DNA of 64,000 bases, taken from NCBI RefSeq assembly GCF_009834535.1, contig NC_045705.1, positions 71,734,001 to 71,798,000 on the forward strand. Direction: 5' to 3'. Positions 33,999-45,000 of the stretch are shown here, piece by piece. Numbering within the stretch: position 1 is the first letter of the stretch; every line of letters starts with the position of its first letter. A model generated the notes under the pieces. It had not been told where the DNA came from, did not search any database, and worked only from the letters and a program-made list of their open reading frames with translations. This stretch comes from Camelus ferus (lineage: Eukaryota). Made by a program: the position numbers and the translations under genes.

Positions 33999-36900
33999 CT
34001 ACGCACGGTAGGTGTCTGCCTTCACCACCTGGCAGTACATGGTCATGGCGAAGGTCAGCCCCAGGATCTGTGGGGACAGGTGGCAGCTGGGCAGGGCTGC
34101 TCCAGGGATGACAGCCCAGAGAGGTCCTGCCCCAGTAGGCACCCTGACCCCACCCCACTGCCTGGATGGCCTGTAACCCTAGGGCTCAGTCCAGACCCTT
34201 TCCCCTCAGGTTTGGCCACCCACCCTGGCCTCCACGGGTGGTGTCAGGACCCACGGGTGCCAGGCCTGGCCCCAGCAGCTGCCCTCTGACCGTTAATCCA
34301 ACTGCAATCAGCACCTTTGGTGCTGTCCGCCCGCTCTGGCTGCAACCCCCGTCTGCATCCCGGAGATGCGTTGCCCTGATGCTGCCGCATTCGGGACTTG
34401 CCATGGGGAAGAAGGCGGGGGCTGGGGTGGGTCCGGCGGTTCCGGTGGCAGCCCCACCCCCTACCTGCACCAGAGCTGTGCACAGTCCGAAGACGCCCAC
34501 GGCCAGCAGGTTCTCCTGAAGCCACATCTTCACCGTCTCGTAACAGGGCTGGAGGAAGAGCAGGCGTCACCGGGGGCTGCGAGGCCGGCGCTCCACCCTC
34601 AAGTCCCCGGGGCCAGAGCCGGGGGAAGGGCACAGCCTCACCGCTTTCCACCAGGTGCCGGGCGCGTGCAGCCCGCAGCTCTCGCTGAACTCCAGACAGC
34701 AGGAGTCGGGCACGCGCGTGGCGTTGTAGACCTCGAACCAGTCGGTGTAGTTGGAGACCCCGCAGCAGCGGAACTGCGGAGGAAGTGCGGGCTGGGACTG
34801 TGCCCTGGCCACGCCCTGGCCCCGCCCACGCCCGGCGCTGCCACGCCCCGACTCACGTCTGTCTGGATGATGCTCCAGGCGTTGGTGAGGCCCACGTTGC
34901 CCGGGGTTCCGTACAGGTGCAGGCCCCTCTTCAGGTCCCGCTGCGCGTACCTGTCGATCTGCAGGACAGCAGGGCCACCCTGCAGCCAGCTCCACCTACC
35001 TCGTCCAGACCCCACCTCTGCCCAGGCCCCCACCCCGTGCCTTCTGTCCCCCTTCCTGGAGTCACCCCCTCCCAGAAGCCCTCAGCAGGCTCAGGCCTTT
35101 GCCCCTTGGTCTCCCTGGGCCACACATGGTGCTGAGCCCGGGGTTCGAGTCAGACATCAGCACGACGTCCGTCAGTTATGTTCAGAGGGAGACAGTACAG
35201 AAACCCTCAGCTGCGTCTGCCCACACCCGTCAGGACCCACACATCTTGCTGTCGGCCAAGAGGGCCGAGGTCCTCATTCCTAAGACCATCCTCCAGGAAA
35301 GGAACCAGGCTCCTTGGAGAAATGGCCAAGTCCAGGGCTGGGGCAGGGACTCCCCAGAGAGGAGGTGCACTGAAGGAGGTGCATCTCCTCACAGGAGCAA
35401 GTGAGAGCTCCTAGCCACCAAAGCTAAGACAGACGAGCAAAAAATAACAGTCCTGGAGTATATAACTCAGAATAATGTAAATGAGTCCTCACTGGTGTAA
35501 ATAATGAAATAAATCCATGGGGGATAGGAGATTTTCCCCATCCAACTAATACACAGCTGAAGTCAGCAGGAGCAGGGGGCCCAGCCTGGGGGCCACCTGG
35601 GAGCTCACACTGCTTTGCCCTCCAGGGCCCCAGCGTTTCCCTCCAGGCCCGGCCTCCAGTGGTTGTGGTTAAAATCAGATGCACGGCCGGGTCCCATTGT
35701 TGGTCCTCGCCGTGCTAGGGCCCCCGCCCCCTCGTCGCCTGTGCACCATGGCCCTCATGGTGATGAGGATGGAGCCCCCCCACCCGAAGTGGGGGAGCCG
35801 CACCTTGTCAGTGTAGGCGAAGAAGAGGATGGCGACGGTGGCCTCCAGCAGGAACACCAGCAGCAGCAGCACGAAGAACTGCGGGCGAGGACCCGGCGGC
35901 CTCAGCAACCCAGCCCCCAGCTGCCCCCAGAGGGTGGGGCGCGAGCCTCAGCCCGAGCCCCCAAGCCAGGTCTGCAGGCCCCACTCGTGCTGCCCCACCT
36001 CCCTCGGAGCCCTCCCGTCTCTGTGCCAGGGGCTGTTGGGTCTTGCCCGACCTCTGAGCACAGCCTCACGTCTTCGAGCACACACGTGTGCTCCAGACCC
36101 ATGTCCTTGTGCTCGGCGGGCAGGTGCAGCGATGCCCAGGGGGGCCCCTGCAGGGAGTGGGTCTGACTGCAGTACCCCCAACCCCCAGGTCCCATCCCTC
36201 AGGACAGCCAGGGGTGGCCACTGCCCACTCAGGCAGGAACAAGTTAGAGAAGCCCCCACCTGTGACCGCACAGGTGGCCCACTGGGTGGTGGTACCTCAA
36301 GTCACAGCCTTGACCTCAGCCCAGGTGCCCTGGCCGGGCTGAGCAGTGGAGCACTAGCCTCTGACCTCTGACCTCCAAGTCACCCCGTGGGAAAGGTCAG
36401 GGTTGGGGGCCTCAGCTCCACCCCTACCCACCGCCCTGAAGGGAACATCTGGGGCATATACTGGACACGTTGGGTAGCTGCACAGACAGGGGACGCACCC
36501 TCTGGGAGGCCCCTCCCCAGCAAGGGCTCCTCAGACAGAGGCCCCAGATGAAGCAGGTGATTTCAGGCTTGAGTCAGCCGCCGGTGGCCGCTGCCAGGCA
36601 TACTAATAGGCGTAGCCTGGCCCAGGGGTCCTTCTCCTTCTCCTGTGATTTATGTTCCACAGGATGGAAACATCCTGCCTGTAAATCCACCTCTGAAGCC
36701 GAGGCGGGGGCTGGGAGCTCTGAACAGAGGGTCCTGGGGAGCCAAGAGGGCAGGGGCAGGAGCCGGGAGGGTTCATGGGAGAGGTGGTGTCAGAGAGCAT
36801 GGGCCCGGTACCGGCTGAAGGGGCTCTGCCTGGCATGCGTGTGGGTGTGCGGGCACCCGTGTGTCTGTGTCCCGTGAAGGGGGGCCCCGCCCGGCCCGGC

Positions 36901-39900
36901 CCCAGCACCCCGCCCCGACTCACAGTGAGCAGGAGGCATCTGTTCTCCTTGATGGCCCCGATGCAGCCCACAAAGCCAATGGCCATCACAAAGGTGCCGG
37001 TGACAATGAGCAGGTTGGCGGCCGACAGGGACGGGAAGGAGGAGGACAGGGTGGCGAAGTTCCCCTGCGTGGCGGCCAGCCAGATGCCAACGCCCAGGAT
37101 GCCGCAGCCTCCCAGCTGGGACCCAGGCGGGGAGAGAGGGACGGCAGAGTAGCAGGTGAGCGTCCCGCCAGGTCCCGGGCGGCCCCACCGAACTCCCCAT
37201 CTTGTCCCGTCACCCCAGCTGGGCCCCCACATGCCCTCCCCTAACCATCCCTTCTGAAGTGCAGCCCCCACGTGCCCTTGCCACCACCTCTCCTCCACCA
37301 CTGCAGCTTTTATTGAGCTCCATAATTGCTTGTTACTACAAAAATCAATTAAAATGAGGAAGGGGAGAAGGCCAAGCAGTGATGAATCCAAGGTGAGCTC
37401 TCGGCCTTCCGTGAGGAAGGCATGCCCACCTCCTAGCGGTGGGGAGCAGGGTGGAGCCAGGGCAGCTGAGGGGCTGCGGCTCTGGCCCCCCAGGACTCTG
37501 AGGCCTCTGAGCCATCCCAAGATAAAACGGGAGAAGGTGTCCAGGGCACAGGCTAGGGGCAGGCAGCCCCCTACAAATGCTAGCCGGTTCTGGGTCCTGA
37601 GGCAACCCAGGCTTCGAGAGACCAGCTGGAGGCGGATGGCTGATGGGCTCGGGGAAGGCCAGGCAGCCCTGGGGGCTCCACACCACTCTGGGACTGGACA
37701 GGACATGGGGCCCTGCACCCCCGGGGCCCAGAAGCCTCCTTGAGGCTGGCCTGGACCCTGGTAGATACCCCATGACTTAGGCAGGCCTGATGGGCCCTGA
37801 AACCCCTGCCTAAGGAGGCCTTCTCCCTCGGCACGTGTACTCACTCGCCCTGCCCCCACCAGCAGTTCAGCCCTGGCTGCAGGGGTAGGGGTGGGGGCCG
37901 CTGCTCCACTCTCACTAAGCCCCTGGGGAGCACACATGCATTAAGCCAGGCTGGCAGAAGACTGCAATTATGGGGTGGGGGCGGTACAGCTCCCAGCCCA
38001 AGAGCAGGAGCAGCCCCAGGATCCCAGGGGTGTGGGCAGGCACCAGGGGCTCTGGCCCAGGTCTGCTGCTGGTGGCCGATGTCCCTCTCGGCCTTGCCCA
38101 GGGCTGGCTGAGGTGGACAGGAGAGCTCCAGGCTAGAATGCCCACACCTACCCCATGGGGGGCCAGTTAGCTCAGCTTCTCTCCGTCACCCACCCTATCC
38201 CTCTTTGCGCTGTCCACAAAACAGAAGAGCTTCTGTCTAAAAATTATAAGCCACACCTGTTCTGGCTGCTGCTGGCTGAGGCTGCGCCAGGCCCCCCACA
38301 GAGGCTCCTGCCCTGGCCTGTTCATCCTGCCCATCTGAGCCCCTCCCCAGGGCAAAGCAGGGTAGGGGCCTGCAGGTCCGTGAGGGGCGTGGGGGGCACG
38401 TGTGCCTGAGTGTGTGCCAGAGCTGGGCTTGGCACAGCCCCAGGACAGGGCACATGTGTGCTGCCAGGAGATGTGTGTGCCCCCACCTGTGGGGTGGGGT
38501 TACCCCCTGTGGGGCAGGCCCCCACCCGTGGTGCCAGGGACAGCGCTGTCCACGGTGCTGACTGCAGGCATGGCCACCAAGAGGGAGCAAGGCTGGGCCA
38601 CCAGTGCCTCTGGACACCCCATGTCCGCCCAGGGGCTGCCACCATGGGGCATAAAAGAGGCTGGGACAGACGCTGGCTTATTCAACCCTCTCCCCACCAA
38701 CCTGCAGGTGAGAAACCAGGAGCCAAGGGGCTGTCCCAGGTCTCATGGGATCTCCAAGGATGCTGGGAAAGGCTGGCGCTGGGAGCACCTAGTGGGGCCC
38801 AAGCAGACCTGCACATGGAGAGGGCTCCCCTGGCCCCTGCCCGGGACTGGGGCAGGAGAGGGATTTGGGAGGACAGCCTCGCTATGGAGGAAGCTGAAGT
38901 CAGGCCCTCTCCAGCTGGAAGGACAGTGACCGCCAGGCCAGGCCCCATGCCCAGCTCATAGCACGTCCCCCACTGAACAAGCAGCACCCATCCTGGGAGG
39001 GTTACATCTCCAGGTTACATCTAGGCTGGGACCACGGTGGGGTGGGTGGGGCTGCCCCTGAGCAGCGGGAAGATGCTGGTGCAGCAGGGAGAACTGTTAC
39101 TTAAAACCTCAACAGCCTGCCCATCTGGCTCTGCCTGCAAGGACAGAGGCGGATGGCTCCTTTCAGCAGGAAAGTGAGCCCCTCTGAGCTCCCTTGCCCC
39201 GTGGGATGCACGGAAGTGCACAGGGAGGACACTGCGGGCGGAGTGGCTGTAGGGGTCGGGGGGCCTGGAGGGGCCGGGCCCCACCCCCTAGCCCTGGTGG
39301 AAACATTTCTTTAATTAACACTCCAGGAAACACCCTCACCTCCACCCCAAAGTGGCAGAAGAGACACCCGCTGGCTGTCACCCAGGTGCGTGCCATGACA
39401 CACAGGGACGCGGCACACAGCCCAGGCTGTCAGACGCCCTTAAGCATCGCACAGTGTCACCCACCACACGGACACACGTCACAGACATGCCCCAAACCCC
39501 CCAGGCCCCGCCACTTTCAGGCACATCCACACAGACCAGGAACCAAAACTCTCACCGACGCGCTGAGATGCACACAGGGTTAACACAATTATCTGTGGTT
39601 TTGAAAACGTTTCTGTGTATGCAGCTTTTAAAACATTTTGGCAAGAAAATTACAGCCTCCAAGTACAGGAGAAAGTGGGCCACGTTAGACTGGCGCGTCA
39701 TCGCAGGACAAGCAGGGTCGAGGTCTCTCCCAGGACAGGTGGCCGGGGCATCAGCAGTGGGGGGCCGGGGGGCCGGGGTCCCACCCCACCCTGATGATGC
39801 CTACCCTGCACCTCCCCAGCCCCACTCATCACTGCCTGGGCCAGACAGAAGCCCTGGTGAGGCCTAGGAGAAGACCTCGACCCCATGACAGCCTGGGAGA

Positions 39901-42900
39901 GGAGCCAGCCCCCTCACTGGGATCTCCCACCCTAGTCCCACAGTCAGCTGTGGCCTGTCTCCCTGGCACACACCTTGAGGGCACACCCTGTCCTCCATTG
40001 CCCTCACCTGTCCCCAGCCCCAGCCCAGCACCTGGCACGTGTTCCTCACTTCCTGACATCTCTTTTCTTGCCCAGCTATTTTTCAGGTTGGCCTAGGGCT
40101 AGGCAGGTGGGGACCACTAGGCTAGTGATGCTGTCCCCCTCCAGGCCCATGGCGGGTGGATACCAGCCGGCCCTCTACTGCTGCCCCTCCGGCCACATGG
40201 CTCAGTGTGGCAGATGGCCGGGCAGCTGGCCATGTCTTTGGAAGGGGGTGGAGGGCTGCGTGCCCACAGGGGCCAAGCTTGTGTCCAGAAGCCCAGCACC
40301 CGGCAGCCAACGCAGGCTCAGGGTGGGGCTAGGCACGGCGAGCAACACCCCACTCCCAGCCAAGAGCAGGCACGGGGGCAGGGAGGGGGCCCATGGACAC
40401 AAAGCTCATGCAGAATGTGTCCCCTGCAACAGAAACCAGGTCTGCCCTGCACAGGGGCTGGGGAACTGAACGGGGGACAGGGCCTAGGGTGGGGGGTGGG
40501 GCTGGGACCCCGGCCCCCTCTGCCCACTCAGGCCTTCTGGCCTCTGCACTGCTCCTTGTCCCCTCTCTGCCCCAGACAGAACTCCCACCCTGCCTGCAGC
40601 TCGCTCTGCCTCTGCTTTGTGTCTGGAAGGTTCTACCCATACAGAGGCCATGACTCTCCCCTCACCCTCCCTCCCAGCAGGTTGACACAGGGGTCCCACG
40701 GAGCCCGTCTGGGTCACTGGGTGGACAGGCCAAACATGGCCACCCAGGACTGCACCAGAGCCAGCCGGAGCCCACAGCCCCCTGACCAGCCCCTGCCACC
40801 CCCAACCCATCCGGGGAGCCACCAACCTCCTAATAGTTGATTATTGAGAAATGGACTCTTTCCCTGCCATCCGCACTGCAGCAGGGCAACGGCTGGGCAC
40901 GGTGGGAGGGGAACAGGGGAGGGGTCCCAGTGCTGCCACCACAGAGGGGTTACATCCCCAGGCCCCAGAGTCCCCATCTGTCCAGTCAGCCAGCTGCTGG
41001 CCCCAAGGACAGAACTCATGCAGAACAGCTGTCCTGTGGCCTCCTGACCCCTGCCTGGACCAGGGTGGTCAGGGACCCCCCTCCCTTCACAGCTGCCCAC
41101 CCACCCTGGCTCACCCAAATCCAAGAGGACCTGGGCTGCATGGCTAGGGCTGGGCATGGCACCTGGCCACAGGAGAGCCCCAGAAGTACCCTCACTGTTT
41201 CTGAACCCAGCCTTGCCTCCACCCAGGACCATCCCCAGACCAACCAGACTACATCTGGGGCTGCGGTAACTGTCGCTGGGGGAGCCCTGAGCACCTGACC
41301 CAGAGCAAGGAAGGGGCAGGGAGGCGCCTCCCTCCTCTGCCCAACCCCGGCTGCTTCCCAGGGGCTGCTCAGCCCCTGGCCCTCACTCCTGGGCCCTGCA
41401 CAGAGCCCTAATCACCAGGATGGTGCTCCCAGGAGACACCCTGCCCCAGGGACTCTGGCCCTAAGCTGCTGACCCCCTGTGCATACCTCAGGGAAGGGAG
41501 GCTGCACCCCCAGGGGGGGTGCCCCTTGCCTGTGAGGGCCCGTCCGCTGCGGGAGGGCAGGTGCAGGTCTGGGAGTTGGCCACTCTGAGCTCGGAAAGAC
41601 CCCAGCACCGGCCCCTCTGGGCCTCTCCTCCCCCAGTGACCCTGCCGCCCGCCTGCGCCTTCCTGGCTCCCCTTCTCAGGGCACCCCAGCTCCAAGCACT
41701 GGTGACAACAAGCAGGCCTGGTTCCTCCCCTGAGATGGGTCCATGACCCACCGGCCACACAGGAACGGGCAGAGCAACCCTGGGACAGATGGGTACTGAC
41801 ATTTCCCGGCCCCACTGGGACCCAAGGCTGGAGGCCTCAGCCCTGCCCTCAGGACTCCTGCCAGGAGCCCCCAGGGAGACCTGTCCAACAGAGCACGAGG
41901 AGTCAATTATGGCCAGAGCCGGCCCATCCCTGGAGGGTGGAGTCAGGACTGACACAGGTGAGGGGGAGAGGGTCTCCAGCCCACTGGCTCCCCCACCACC
42001 ACCTCGGAGCCCATGGTGAACCTTTCATGGCTCGAATCAAATGTCCTAAAATTTATTTTGGTGATGGTTGCACAACTCTGTGAATAGAATTGAACTGCAC
42101 ATTTCAAATGGGTTAATTGTGTGATATGTGAATAAATATCACATAAATTTCAATAACGCTGTTACTTAAAAAACCCAGTGGGGAGGCTGAGGCAGGACAC
42201 TCTCGGGGAGAAATGGAGTTGGGGGCAAAAACTACCACTCCTGTGGGGGCCCAGTGCCCCCAGGCAGCAAAGGAGCCAGCGTCCCTGGGAAGGCATGTTC
42301 TAGCCGCCACCCTGTCGCCTGCAGCCTTGGTCCCTAGCAGGAAGGGCTCAGCTGGCACCTGCACAGGGACAAAGCAGGGTGAGTGTCGCACCCAGCCTGC
42401 AGCCATTCTCCCCACCCCTGGCCTCAGCACATCTCCCATGGGTCCACTCTCTGACCGCCAGGCCTCTGCACTCCCCTGACACAAAGCTGGGGCGTGGAGG
42501 GGCCAAGGCTGGTACAGGGGCCCGGTTGGCTTGGCTGGGAAATGTAATTGGATAATAAAAGGGAATTGGATTTTCTCCTCAGGGGAGAGTCCCAGAGGGC
42601 TTCCTGACTTTTCTTTCCTGGGTTGAGGACGGCATCCACGATGGGGATCAGTGGAGTGTGTCCACCCTGCAGCTGGCAGGGGGCTCCTGCAGGTGCACAG
42701 GGCAAAGAGCCCATTGGGGTGGGCTGCTCTCAGAGCACAGGCCACGTTGAGGGACCCCTTCTCCTCCATGCAAGCAGAGGTCACTGAGGAGGGCAGGGAA
42801 GGGGAGAAGCAGGTGCTGCCACCACGTAGGACCATCCCCCACACCCTCAGCCCATTCCCCTGTCACTCTGCCACAAACATGGCTCACCTCCCTCACACCC

Positions 42901-44367
42901 ATGGCTGCCAGCTCTGGTCACACTGTCACCTGCAGCCTTCTCCTGTCACACTGCCAAGGGCATGCTGACCCTGCCAGCCGCTCAGTGCTAACCACACTGG
43001 TGCCCCTACATTTGGTCAACGTCCCCCACCAAGAGAAGACAGTCCCCTCTTCTCATGCCTGGGCAGAGCTCCAGCTGCACACCGCCTCTGCTGCTGGCTC
43101 TTGGCCTCCCGTGTACCCCTCCACTCTGGCCTGGGGCCTGCCCCTCCCAGGAGCCCCCTGCAGAGAAGAAAACCTGCGGGTGACCCCTTCTGGAGACGGG
43201 CATCAGGGCAGGAACCTCCCAGGCTGGCCACCCCTCTCAGGGACACCCCCCCTTAACAAACTGGGGAGAGGAAAGCCAGCACCCCAGGATAGAAGAGAGG
43301 TGCAGAAAGGCAGACGGGCTTTCTGAGCATTTGGCCTTAACTGGACCTCATGCAAATGAGCTTACAAATGACAGCCTTCTTCTGGGGCCCAGAGCCCAGG
43401 CAGGAGCTAAAGCCACACCCCCTTACTCCCAGTTGTGGAAGGAGGGTCCGATCAGGAATTAACAACTGAGCAGGGAGTGTGACCTTGGCATCATGTCTCC
43501 ATCAACCTTCTCCCAGCGAGACCAGTGGAGCCAGGTGTGACACCTGCCCCAGCCCCAGTCCAGCACCCTCCCTGCCCTTACGGGACTGGGTGGACCCTCT
43601 GTTCTCAATCTTGCAGGGAGGGGACAACCCTGCAGCACCAACACCTCTGACCCTGAACACAGGCACCTCATCTGAGCAAACCCAACCCAACTCTGCAAAA
43701 GTTATGGATGCCCCCCCCCCCATGTTGGATGAGCAGCAGAGGCCAGACCCCTCTCCTGCTGGCCCACCATCCTGCTCAGGCTCGGGCCCAACCAGAGCAA
43801 TTACCCACACACCCTCCTCTCCCGCCCCACCGCGCTTCAGGAGTCGCGGAACCAACTCCCCTCCTCAGCCCCTCCCTAAGTGTGGTCCCTGGAGCCCGGT
43901 AGGCCAGTCTGCTGAGGAGGGGAGGGAAGAAGAGACAAGCGCTGCAGCCACGAAGAGGGAGGGAAGGGGACGGAGGGAAGGCACCCGCGGCCCCGCGCAC
44001 TGACAGGGACTTAAACCCGGCAGAGGCCAGGCACGGGGCCTGAGGCGATCCTGCGGCAGGTGCGGGACGCGCCTGGTCTCAGGAAGAGATGGAGCAGGGA
44101 GAGGATGCGGGGCGGCCGCCCAGAGTGCAGAGGCCGGGGCGGACTCCAGAGGTACCGGAACCCCTCCCCAGGGGCCGATCCAGCCCTGGCCTGCAGAGGG
44201 AGCGACGACCCCCAGGCACGCCTCCCAGTCCACGTCCCGGGTGTCCCCCACGTACCCCTGCCGAAGCGGCGACCCCGGATCCCCGACATCCCGCGGCCAC
44301 TCACCCAGAAGAGCAGGTTGAAGGCGAACATGAGGTACTTGACGCCCTGGAGGCAGCCGCGCGCCAT
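33999..44367 (-). CDS. TSPAN4: Tetraspanin-4, spliced CDS, 238 aa
   Basis: complement(join(44305..44367,36924..37115,35804..35878,34857..34958,34642..34773,34465..34548,33999..34067)) = 717 nt, all GT-AG. MARGCLQGVKYLMFAFNLLFW..., CCG motif (FRCCGVSNYTDW), PDSCC, four TM segments, ends ...VVKADTYRA*. Confidence 0.97.
42038..42172 (+). mobile_element. L1M-type 3' end fragment in TSPAN4 intron
   Basis: aaatgtcctaaaatt...ggtgatggttgcacaactctgtgaat...ttgaactgcacatttcaaatgggttaattgtgtgatatgtgaat...tcaataacgctgtt...aaaaaa is the characteristic L1M 3' terminus. Confidence 0.85.
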
Positions 44368-45000
44368 GCTGCAGCGCTTCAATTCTAGGAGGAAGATGAA
44401 GGAGAGGTCCAGGTAGAAGACCACGTACTTGTTACCCTTGGGCGACGTGTAGCGCGCCTGGGCCGCCTTGGGGCCGGGATTGGCGTGCAGGCCGAAGAAG
44501 GCGCCGCCGCGCGCGAAGCCCGGCTCCTTGCCTGGCGGCGACGGGCTGCGCCGGTACGTGGACTCGTCTGTGCTTGAGCGGCGCATCGCGCGGGGCCGCC
44601 GGGGCCGCCCCAGGCTCCGCGCCCCGGGCCGCGGTGGCACCGGGCGCGCCGCCCCTCTCGGACCCGCGACGGTCCCCGGACACCTGCCAGCCCGCGGTAG
44701 CCCGGGCCGGGCCCGCCCCGCCCCGCCCCGTGCCCGCCCGCCGGCCAATCCGCGCCGGCCCCGCCTCCGCGAAGACCCCCCCCCTCCCCCGCCACTCCTC
44801 GCCGCGCCGCCTCGCAAATCCGACCGCGCCGCCCCGCGCGGGCCAATCACAGACCCGGGACGGCGCCCCCGCCCCCGGCCCTCCGCCCGCGCCGGCGCCC
44901 CTTGGTCTTCCACTTCCCCTGCCCGCCCAGTCCGGGAAGCGATGGAGGGGGCTGGGGGCTGAGGGCAGGGGGCCCAGGCAGCGCTCAGCCCCGGGCACGA
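44000..45000. promoter_or_regulatory. Intragenic CpG island over the TSPAN4 first coding exon; candidate alternative promoter
   Basis: CpG-dense, with tandem GC boxes (ccccgccccgccccg at about 44716-44730) and CCAAT boxes at 44745-44749 and 44843-44847. Confidence 0.75.
44368..44586 (-). CDS. TSPAN4: Putative 73-aa in-frame N-terminal extension of TSPAN4 (alternative first exon / long isoform)
   Basis: ATG at 44586 is in frame with the canonical ATG at 44367 with no stop between them. 66 of 73 codons end in G/C while positions 1-2 are often A/T. No transcript evidence is available here. Confidence 0.6.

Noticed and set aside
36603-37937. 444-aa minus-strand ORF
   Set aside because: Only 36924-37115 is a real TSPAN4 exon bounded by AG/GT. 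The flanks are intronic open frame.
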